Source: Dehalococcoidales bacterium
GTDB taxonomy: Bacteria; Chloroflexota; Dehalococcoidia; Dehalococcoidales; RBG-16-60-22
Length of the DNA: 56,023 nucleotides
Reading direction: 5' to 3'
Assembly: GCA_034432135.1 (NCBI GenBank)
Contig: DAOUCO010000069.1
Coordinates: forward strand, 1-56,023
Within the stretch, counting starts at the first letter, position 1; each line of letters begins with the position of its first letter. Positions 20,254-27,571 of this stretch are shown here, piece after piece. A model generated the notes under the pieces. The model had not been told where the DNA came from and did no database searches. It saw only the letters and a list, made by a program, of their open reading frames with translations. A program made the position numbers and the translations under genes.

Positions 20254-22353
20254 TTAATCTTGATCGTCCTCATCCTTAGATTCTTCCTCATCAGGCTTTA
20301 ATTTTTTAGCTTCATACATTTTAGAGAGCAGTTCCAGGCGCTCCGCCATCTTTTTTCTGGCTTCTCTGGGTGTTTCCCGAAGAGGTTCAACAGGTTTTTC
20401 TTTATGCATTTTGCCGAGTTTGCCTGTTTTATCTAATTTCTTTACCGATTCTTTCAAGGTATCGAGGACCGCCTTGGTATCCTCAATAGTGGCTTCGGTC
20501 TCTTCTTCAGTGTATTCCCTGGTTTCATCAACCGGCTGTTCCTCCGCAACTTCAGGGACAGGCTCCTCTTCTTTTTTCTTGCTCTTTTTAACAGCTTCCT
20601 CACGTGACTTCGAAGCAATTATATCGTCACCGATTTCTTCAGCGGCAGGTACAGGCGAGCCAGTGATTCTCCCGGTCACCCCGGCTGCTATATCCGTAGC
20701 TTCTTTGATAGCTTTTAGAGTTCTTTCCGCTGATTCTCTAGAAGCCCTAACGAGGGCATCAGTCACTTCGCGGGCAGTTTTTACCGCCGCTTCCGACGCC
20801 TCTCTGGTTTCAAGGCTGATTTGCTGCGCCCTGGCAATGGCCAACTGTATTTCTTTTTCTGTGGATTCAGCCAATTTTCTGACAGACGAAATAGTGCTAT
20901 CGATAGTCTCACGGACAGTGTTTAATGCTTCTTCAGAAGCCTCGCGGGCGGAGTTATTTATTTCGTTGGCAGTTGCTATGATTTTTTCAGATTCTGTTTT
21001 TAAAGACTCGATAGCTTCACGCGCCGTCCTGGATGATTCTTCAGCCGATGCCCGGGAGGCATTGACAATTTCTTCAATGCGACTGATTAAGTCCCGGAGC
21101 TCTGCAGTAGTGGCAGCCGCTCTTTCCGAAACTTCTTTGCTTATCTGTTCAGCTCTAAAAATAGCCTCCTTTGATTCCACCACCGATTTTTCGGCCGCGG
21201 CTTCAGCAGCAGCGGCGGCTTTTTTCCCTTCTTCCTGGGCTTGTATGATAGCTTCCTGTATCGTTTTTACCGATTCATCGGCAGCTTTGACAGCATCGCT
21301 GCTGGCCTGTTCCGCCCTGGTAACAGCCTCCTGGAATTTGCGGGCGGCTTCAGCGGCATTTTCTTTAGCTTCTTGGCTGATGGCATCAGCGCGGGCAATA
21401 GCATCCTGGGCGGCTTTAGTAGCGGCTTCCGTAGCCTCATGTGTTTCACGGGCTACTTCTTCAACTCGTTTAATCGTTTCCTGAGCGGCTTTTTGCGCTG
21501 CTTCAACAGCCTGCTTCATTTCACGGCTGATAGCCTCAACACGATTCATAGTTTCCTGGGATGTCCTGTGTGAAGATTCAGCCAACTCACGAGCAACAGT
21601 ACTAATAGTTTCGGCGCGTTTGGCGGCTTCTTCCGATACCCTAGCGGCAATTTCAGCACTTTCCCTGGTTGACTTACTGACTTTTTCAGCTTTTATGCTG
21701 GTCTCTCTGGCGATTTTATTGGTATTATCAGCGGCGTCTTTAGCTTCTTTAGCTAAACGTTCAGCCCGCGTGGTAACTTCTTTAGCAACTTTAATAGATT
21801 CTTCGGCTGCTTCCTTAGCGGATTTTACGGCTAATTCAGCTTTACTGAGTGCATCTTGAGATATCTCTCTGGCAGATTCAGCTGTTTTTTTAGCTTCACG
21901 GCTTATCTCTTCGATACGGCTCAATCCGGTTTGTGACAGCATTAATGCAGACTCGGCGGACTGCATGGCATCCCGGCTGATTTTTTCTGCCCGGGCGATA
22001 GCTTCCTGAAAAGCCTTAGCCATAGCCTCGGTGGTCTGCTGGGGGCGTTTAGCAACTTCTTCGGCTTTTTTAATAGCCTCATCGGCGGCCCTCAAGGTCG
22101 CCACCATAGCTTCCTTGGATTCGCGGCTGATTTTTTCCGCGCGGTCGATAGCATCCTGGGCGGCTTTAGCCGCTGCTTCGGCGGCCGCCGTGGCTTCTTT
22201 ACCGATTTGCTCGGCACGCATAGCCGCCTCGATTGCCGTTTTGGTCGACCTTCCAGCTGCTTCTTTGGCAGCACGGCTTAAAGCTTCAGCCCTGGCTACC
22301 GCTTTTTCAAAATCGGTAATGTTGTTTTCTAATTCCTGTAACTCCGGCGACAT
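20254..22353 (-). CDS. 699-aa Ala/Glu/Lys-rich protein built from ~21 tandem 25-residue helical repeats plus an acidic/basic C-terminal tail
   Basis: Long uninterrupted ORF with repeat consensus RAExISxEAKxAAExAxKxxQEAIx. No TM segment or signal peptide. Confidence 0.8.
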   Translation of the reverse strand: MSPELQELENNITDFEKAVARAEALSRAAKEAAGRSTKTAIEAAMRAEQIGKEATAAAEAAAKAAQDAIDRAEKISRESKEAMVATLRAADEAIKKAEEVAKRPQQTTEAMAKAFQEAIARAEKISRDAMQSAESALMLSQTGLSRIEEISREAKKTAESAREISQDALSKAELAVKSAKEAAEESIKVAKEVTTRAERLAKEAKDAADNTNKIARETSIKAEKVSKSTRESAEIAARVSEEAAKRAETISTVARELAESSHRTSQETMNRVEAISREMKQAVEAAQKAAQETIKRVEEVARETHEATEAATKAAQDAIARADAISQEAKENAAEAARKFQEAVTRAEQASSDAVKAADESVKTIQEAIIQAQEEGKKAAAAAEAAAEKSVVESKEAIFRAEQISKEVSERAAATTAELRDLISRIEEIVNASRASAEESSRTAREAIESLKTESEKIIATANEINNSAREASEEALNTVRETIDSTISSVRKLAESTEKEIQLAIARAQQISLETREASEAAVKTAREVTDALVRASRESAERTLKAIKEATDIAAGVTGRITGSPVPAAEEIGDDIIASKSREEAVKKSKKKEEEPVPEVAEEQPVDETREYTEEETEATIEDTKAVLDTLKESVKKLDKTGKLGKMHKEKPVEPLRETPREARKKMAERLELLSKMYEAKKLKPDEEESKDEDDQD
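20749..22293 (-). repeat. Coding tandem repeat array (75-nt / 25-codon period)
   Basis: Residues 21-370 split into 14 consecutive blocks of exactly 25 aa, each starting R/K-A/V/I-E/D. Residues 371-535 continue with 25-29-aa blocks. Confidence 0.8.
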
Positions 22354-22521
22354 TACCTCGTCCTTTTTTGATAACTATCTGTTATCAGCATAGACTATTA
22401 TATTATCCGCACGCCAGTTTTTCAATAAACATATCTATCTTATAATAAATATCTATCTAATAATGAGTATGAAACGTTATAATAATTAGTACTAACTTAA
22501 AAAATACTTCGATGAGGATAA

Positions 22522-22550
22522 TTGACATTATCATTTTATTGTGTAAAAAT
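22522..22550 (+). promoter_or_regulatory. Promoter of tubulin-like gene 2 (ATTGACAT-N-GTAAAAAT)
   Basis: TTGACA at 22522-22527, a 16-17-nt spacer, then TAAAAA/AAAAAT. It shares the ATTGACAT and GTAAAA context with 18206-18235. Confidence 0.5.
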
Positions 22551-22578
22551 AACATAAATTTATAAAGTGAGGTGAAAT

Positions 22579-23751
22579 ATGAAACTCGTAGTTCTCGGCC
22601 TGGGACAATGCGGCGGCCGAATTGCCGACGAATTCGCCCGGCTTAATGGTAAAGCTAAAGCAAGGCGCGGTATGACCATAGTTACGGGATGTTTTGCGGT
22701 AAATACCGATGCTGCCGATTTAAGCGGTCTATCCAGCATCCCTAAAGACCATCGGCATCGCATACTTATAGGAGCACGCAAGACCGGCGGCCACGGCGTG
22801 GGAAAAATCAACGAACTGGGCGCTGAGATTGCGAAAGAGGATTCCGATAAAATCATCGAAAACCTGCGTAATACCAAGAAATTCTTCGAGACCGATGCTT
22901 TTATGCTTATCGCCGGGACAGCCGGCGGCACCGGTTCCGGAGCAATTTCCGTAGTCACGCAGCACCTGAAGGAACGCTATATCGATAAGCCGATATGGAA
23001 CCTGCTAGTCTTACCTTTCGAGCATGAAGAAACGACGGAAGAGCGGACGGTATTCAATGTAGCCACCTGTCTCAAGTCCTGCTACTCGGTGGCCGACGCC
23101 GTTTTCCTAGTTGATAACCAGAGGTATGTCAGGAAGGATTCCTCTCTCCAGACCAACCTTACCAAGATCAATGCCATGATTGCCGACCCGTTTTATAACC
23201 TGCTCTGCGCCGGCGAAGAGAAAAAGTCCAGATACATCGGCGCCAAGCTGATTGATGCCGGAGATATTATACAGACCGTAGTAGGCTGGACAGTCATTGG
23301 CTACGGCAAGACAACCGCACCGCTGTTCAAACTGCCGGAGTTGAGGAGTGATTTCCGTAAGAAAGGCGCCGAAATCCAGAAGGGCATCCAGGCGATGGAT
23401 GAAGCCATCAGCGAACTATCGTTGAAATGTAATCCCGCCGATTCGCGGCGAGCCTTATATCTGGTATCCGGGCCTGCCAAGGAAATGAACATGGATATGA
23501 TTAAGGAAATCGGCGATTACATGAGAGATATAGCACCGGAAGCTATTATACGGAACGGCGATTATCCTCGGGAAAGAGGCGTGGTGGATGTTACCGTGCT
23601 GCTTTCCGAGCTTAGCGACGTAGAGAAGGTGAGGGACTACTATCTCCGCTCCACCGATCTCATCCCCGAGTTCAAGAAGCGGCAGGAAGAGACCGAAGAT
23701 AAACTAAGGGCTCTGGAGGACGTTTCTAAAGATATTCCTTCGCTGCTATGA
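22579..23751 (+). CDS. Tubulin/FtsZ-superfamily GTPase (paralogue 2)
   Basis: Colinear with 18265-19440 over its full length, roughly two-thirds identical by eye. Motifs GLGQCGGRIA, GTAGGTGSGA, LVDNQRYV, IDAGDIIQT, and C-terminal KDIPSLL. Confidence 0.8.
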   Translation: MKLVVLGLGQCGGRIADEFARLNGKAKARRGMTIVTGCFAVNTDAADLSGLSSIPKDHRHRILIGARKTGGHGVGKINELGAEIAKEDSDKIIENLRNTKKFFETDAFMLIAGTAGGTGSGAISVVTQHLKERYIDKPIWNLLVLPFEHEETTEERTVFNVATCLKSCYSVADAVFLVDNQRYVRKDSSLQTNLTKINAMIADPFYNLLCAGEEKKSRYIGAKLIDAGDIIQTVVGWTVIGYGKTTAPLFKLPELRSDFRKKGAEIQKGIQAMDEAISELSLKCNPADSRRALYLVSGPAKEMNMDMIKEIGDYMRDIAPEAIIRNGDYPRERGVVDVTVLLSELSDVEKVRDYYLRSTDLIPEFKKRQEETEDKLRALEDVSKDIPSLL

Positions 23752-23784
23752 AAATAATAAGAAATATAAGAAATATCAGTTTGA

Positions 23785-23818
23785 AAGGGGGGCGTTAAAA
23801 ACCCCCCTTATCTTTTTC
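23785..23818 (+). terminator. Rho-independent terminator after tubulin-like gene 2
   Basis: GGGGGG-cgttaaaaa-CCCCCC hairpin followed by a T-rich tract. Confidence 0.7.
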
Positions 23819-23862
23819 CTAATGAATTGTAAATATAAAACAAAAATACCTAAAATTTCTAC

Positions 23863-23891
23863 TTGGGTAATCTCTATTTTTGGGGTATAAT
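23863..23891 (+). promoter_or_regulatory. dnaX promoter (TTGGGT-N17-TATAAT) placed 9 nt before the ATG
   Basis: Hexamers and spacing read directly. This implies a leaderless or 2-3-nt-leader mRNA. Confidence 0.45.
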
Positions 23892-23900
23892 AGAGCCGTA

Positions 23901-25523
23901 ATGGCTTCTCAAGTATTTTATCGCAAGTGGCGGCCGCAGCTTCTTTCAGAAGTCATCGGGCAGGAACATGTGACCAAAACTCTGCTCAACGCCCTGGTAA
24001 ACGAACGCGTCTCACACGCCTACCTTTTTTGTGGTCCGCGGGGTACCGGCAAGACCAGCACCGCCCGGGCTCTAGCCAAGGCGATTAACTGCCTGACTAA
24101 CGGCAAGGGCGAACCATGTAACAACTGCGAGATGTGCCAGGCGATTACCGAAGGTAGGGCTTTAGATGTGATTGAAGTGGACGCCGCCAGCAATACCGGC
24201 GTCGACGATATACGCAACCTGCGTGAAAGGGTAAATTATGCCCCCAACCAAGCGCGGAAAAAGGTCTATATCATCGATGAAGTCCACATGTTGAGTACCA
24301 GCGCCTCCAATGCCCTGCTCAAGACGCTGGAAGAGCCGCCACCGCATGCCATCTTTATCCTGGCGACCACCGAAGTACAGAAATTGTTGCCGACTATTCT
24401 CTCCCGCTGCCAGCGCTTCGATTTCCATCGCCATACACAGGCGAATACCGTGGCTGAATTAACGAGAGTATGCAAAGGCGAAGGTATAAAAGCCGAACCG
24501 GAGGCGTTAAAGCTCCTCGCCAGAGCGGCAACGGGCAGTATACGTGATGCGCTCAATCTTTTACAGCAACTGGTTACCTTTTACGGTAACGACGTTAAGC
24601 TCCAACAGGCGCAGGCGATGCTAGGCATTTCCGGCGACCAGCGCTCCAAGGAACTGGTCAAACATATCATCAATAAAGATACCGCCGCAGGAATTACTAC
24701 TCTCAATAACGTCAATAACGATGGGCTAGACCTGCGGCAGTTCCACCGGGAAGTCGTGGAGTTCTTAAGACTGCTACTGCTGGTCAAGACCGGCTCAAGC
24801 GAGTCGTTAGAGCTTACCGCCGAAGAAACTAGAGAGCTTAAAGAAGTAGCAAATAAAGCCAACCTGTCTCAAATATTAAAAGCCGTCAAACGTTTCGGTC
24901 AGCTTGAGCTTAATCTGGATAATTATTCGACACTTCCGCTGGAACTAGCGATAGTCGATGCTACACTGCCGGACATGGAAGTGAAAGCAGATTCCGTACA
25001 CAGAGTCGAGTCAGAACAGGTAACTAAAAAACCAATGCCGCCTAAAGTTTCGGCGCCAACTACCGAGCAGAAGCCAGTAAAAACAGAGGAGAAAAAGTCC
25101 CGTAATCCCGAAACGCCGGTAGCGGGGAATTACACGATTGCGGAGAAACCTGTTATCCAGAAGTCAGAAAGTCAAGAGGTAAATCCGCTTGCCAGCGGCA
25201 GCGCCATCGAGCAACTACAAGGACAATGGAGCAAAATGATTAATGAAGCGCCGGAAGGTCTGGGCAAGACCCCGGCGGCAGCTCTATTAAGGAGCGCCCG
25301 GCCCATATCCATCGAAAACGACATATTAGTTGTATCCGTCAAGCACCAGTACCATAAAGAGAAAATGGACATTATGGAAAACCAGAGAATTGCCGATAAA
25401 ATAATCAGCAGCTTCATGGGACGTCCCTGCAAGGTACGCTGCGTTTACGAACATGAAAATAACCATCTGGTAAAAGCAGCTTTAGAGATGGGAGCCCGTG
25501 TCATCGAAGCGGAGGAAAAATGA
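23901..25523 (+). CDS. dnaX: DNA polymerase III subunit gamma/tau
   Basis: YRKWRPQ...GQEHV...GPRGTGKTS (Walker A), Zn module CNNCEMC, DEVHML and SRCQRF. Confidence 0.9.
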   Translation: MASQVFYRKWRPQLLSEVIGQEHVTKTLLNALVNERVSHAYLFCGPRGTGKTSTARALAKAINCLTNGKGEPCNNCEMCQAITEGRALDVIEVDAASNTGVDDIRNLRERVNYAPNQARKKVYIIDEVHMLSTSASNALLKTLEEPPPHAIFILATTEVQKLLPTILSRCQRFDFHRHTQANTVAELTRVCKGEGIKAEPEALKLLARAATGSIRDALNLLQQLVTFYGNDVKLQQAQAMLGISGDQRSKELVKHIINKDTAAGITTLNNVNNDGLDLRQFHREVVEFLRLLLLVKTGSSESLELTAEETRELKEVANKANLSQILKAVKRFGQLELNLDNYSTLPLELAIVDATLPDMEVKADSVHRVESEQVTKKPMPPKVSAPTTEQKPVKTEEKKSRNPETPVAGNYTIAEKPVIQKSESQEVNPLASGSAIEQLQGQWSKMINEAPEGLGKTPAAALLRSARPISIENDILVVSVKHQYHKEKMDIMENQRIADKIISSFMGRPCKVRCVYEHENNHLVKAALEMGARVIEAEEK

Positions 25524-25825
25524 ATAAAAATATAATGCAGCAGGCCCAAAGATTACAGGCTATGTTTTTAAAGGCACAAGAAGAGCTAGCTACCCTTACC
25601 GTTGAGGGAAGCGCCGGGGGTGGGATGGTAAAAGCAGTTATGACCGGCCAGGGGCAAATACAGTCGATTAAAATATCGCCGGAAGCAGTCAACCCTCAAG
25701 AAATAGAAATGCTCGAGGACATGGTGCTTGCCGCAGTTAAAGACGCCACCGCTAAAGCAAAGGAAGCTTCCGATAAAAAACTGGGCGCACTTACAGGGGG
25801 AATAAAAATACCGGGATTGATGTAG
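25520..25825 (+). CDS. ybaB: YbaB/EbfC family nucleoid-associated protein
   Basis: 101 aa with the typical MQQAQRLQ...VEGSAGGGMVKV... pattern. The ATGA start overlaps the dnaX stop. Confidence 0.85.
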   Translation: MNKNIMQQAQRLQAMFLKAQEELATLTVEGSAGGGMVKAVMTGQGQIQSIKISPEAVNPQEIEMLEDMVLAAVKDATAKAKEASDKKLGALTGGIKIPGLM

Positions 25826-25862
25826 GATGTTAGCTCAAAGCTCAAAAATGATAAACTGAACT

Positions 25863-25922
25863 GTCATTGCGAGACCAGCCCTTTAATCCCTTATCCTTGA
25901 AGGACGGCGAAGCAATCTCATA
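25863..25922. repeat. Left inverted repeat unit flanking the GIY-YIG gene (GTCATTGCGAG...GGCGAAGCAATCTCATA)
   Basis: Its termini are exact reverse complements of the termini of the 26209-26257 unit. Confidence 0.7.
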
Positions 25923-25925
25923 ACA

Positions 25926-26213
25926 ATGGATAGGCAATATTATGTCTATATCATGACCAACAAATGGAATAGGGTGTTGTATACCGGAGTAACCAACGAT
26001 CTCATAAGAAGGGTACAGGAACACAAGAAGAAGATAACTAAAGGATTTACCAAACGATACAATGTTGATAAATTGGTCTATTACGAAGTCACGGAAAGTG
26101 TTGAGAGTGCTATTCTTAGAGAGAAACAAATCAAAGGCGGTTCGAGAAACGATAAAATACAATTGATAAACACAATGAATAATGGGTGGCGCGATTTGTT
26201 TAGTGAGCTATGA
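25926..26213 (+). CDS. GIY-YIG nuclease family protein (UPF0213-like)
   Basis: YYVYIMTN...LYTGVTNDLIRRVQEH...REKQIK motifs. Confidence 0.85.
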   Translation: MDRQYYVYIMTNKWNRVLYTGVTNDLIRRVQEHKKKITKGFTKRYNVDKLVYYEVTESVESAILREKQIKGGSRNDKIQLINTMNNGWRDLFSEL

Positions 26214-26257
26214 GATTGCTTCGCCTCCCGATAATGTCGGGATGGACTCGCAATGAC
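26209..26257. repeat. Right inverted repeat unit (TATGAGATTGCTTCGCC...CTCGCAATGAC)
   Basis: Reverse-complement match to 25906-25922 (17/17) and 25863-25873 (11/11). Internal CCCGA-taatg-TCGGG hairpin. Confidence 0.7.
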
Positions 26258-26293
26258 AATAATGACTTTTGAGTTAATATACAAAGGAGTAAA

Positions 26294-26911
26294 TTGTCTA
26301 AGCAAGAACCCACTACCCCCGCCAACGACGCCATCGGCAGACTGGTGCAGGAGTTCAGCAAGCTGCCGGGCATAGGACCGAAGAGCGCCCAGCGTATTAC
26401 CTTCCACCTGCTGCGCTCCCCGGAAGAAAAGGCTAAAGCCCTTGCCGAGGCGCTGGTTTCGCTTAAGAAGCGGGTCAACCTCTGCTCTATCTGCTGCAAC
26501 GTTACGGAGAGCGACCCCTGCCCTATCTGCCGCAATAGCCAGCGTGATGCCACCACGGTCTGCATCGTCGAGCAACCGCAGGACATCCTGGCTTTAGAGC
26601 ATACGGGAGTCTATAAAGGTCTTTACCACGTTTTACACGGCGCAATTTCCCCCACCGAGGGCGTCGGCGCTGATGATATCCGCACCAAGGAACTACTCGC
26701 CCGACTCGATAAAAACACGGTAAAAGAGGTCATTCTTGCTACAAATACCAACACGGAAGGCGAGCAGACCGCCATGTACCTTTCCCAACTTATCGCTCCC
26801 CTCGGCATTAAAGTTACGCGCCTTGCCCGGGGACTACCCTTCGGCACCGAACTAGAATACGCCGATGATGTTACGCTCGCGAGGGCTTTAGAAGGAAGGC
26901 AGGAGTTTTAA
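26294..26911 (+). CDS. recR: Recombination protein RecR
   Basis: [11 protein letters not shown] HhH, Zn finger CSICCN...CPIC, and Toprim region. TTG start with AAAGGAG RBS. Confidence 0.95.
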   Translation: MSKQEPTTPANDAIGRLVQEFSKLPGIGPKSAQRITFHLLRSPEEKAKALAEALVSLKKRVNLCSICCNVTESDPCPICRNSQRDATTVCIVEQPQDILALEHTGVYKGLYHVLHGAISPTEGVGADDIRTKELLARLDKNTVKEVILATNTNTEGEQTAMYLSQLIAPLGIKVTRLARGLPFGTELEYADDVTLARALEGRQEF

Positions 26912-26982
26912 ATTATCTCCAGCCTTTTTGACTTGCCCCAACTGTTCAGTTAATATCAAATTGACAGGGAGGGGCAATTTCT

Positions 26983-27555
26983 TTGAGCCATTATTACGGC
27001 GGTTCTCTATTTTCTGACGACCCCGAGAGGCGAAAATGGCAGAATCCGGAAGCCATATTTGCCGAAATAGGGGTGAAATCGGGAATTACGTTCGCAGATA
27101 TAGGATGCGGGGGCGGTTTTTTCGCCCTGCCGGCGGCGCGTATGGTAGGTAAAAAGGGTAAAGTCTATGCCCTAGATGTCAATCAATCATTGATAACGTC
27201 CGTGAAAAAACAGGCGGAAAGAGAAGGACTGAAAAACCTTTTTCTAACTGCTGGCAGAGCCGAAGAGATAATCGTTTGCGAAGGTTGCGCCGATATCGTC
27301 TTCTTCGGAATATCGCTTCATGATTTTCAGGACCCGGCTAAAGTCCTCGCCAACGCAAGGAAAACCATTAAGCCTGCCGGCAGACTTATAAATCTCGATT
27401 GGAAAAAAGAAGAGATGCCGGTTGGTCCGCCTCTGAGAATAAGATTCGATATAAAAACAGCGGCGCGTTTAATTAAAGCAGCCGGATTTACTATCGAATT
27501 TATAAAAGACAGCGGTCTATACCATTACCTAGTCATTGCAAGACCAGTAAAATAA
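26983..27555 (+). CDS. Class I SAM-dependent methyltransferase
   Basis: DIGCGGGFFA motif I. The last codons (VIARPVK) are encoded by a fragment of the GTCATTGC(g/a)AGACCAG repeat end. Confidence 0.8.
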   Translation: MSHYYGGSLFSDDPERRKWQNPEAIFAEIGVKSGITFADIGCGGGFFALPAARMVGKKGKVYALDVNQSLITSVKKQAEREGLKNLFLTAGRAEEIIVCEGCADIVFFGISLHDFQDPAKVLANARKTIKPAGRLINLDWKKEEMPVGPPLRIRFDIKTAARLIKAAGFTIEFIKDSGLYHYLVIARPVK

Positions 27556-27571
27556 GAAGATGAAATAGATT

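Noticed and set aside
20411-21484. 357-aa Ser/Ala-rich ORF, plus several others (21241-21573, 21620-21859, 22031-22393), antisense to the 699-aa repeat gene
   Set aside because: These are mirror-image artefacts of the low-complexity Ala/Glu/Lys repeat. GCN, GAA and AAG codons read as open frames on the opposite strand. They lack RBSs and any independent signal.
20749-22293. A regular 75-nt periodicity that could be mistaken for a CRISPR or other non-coding tandem array
   Set aside because: The periodicity lies entirely within one long ORF. The repeats are degenerate at the DNA level, with no conserved repeat/spacer alternation. It is a coding protein repeat.
25842-26586. Minus-strand ORFs 25842-26162, 26081-26575 and 26200-26586
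   Set aside because: They are antisense to the GIY-YIG gene and recR, which have clear motifs. Parts of them are translations of the flanking repeat units (EIASPSF…SRNDS).
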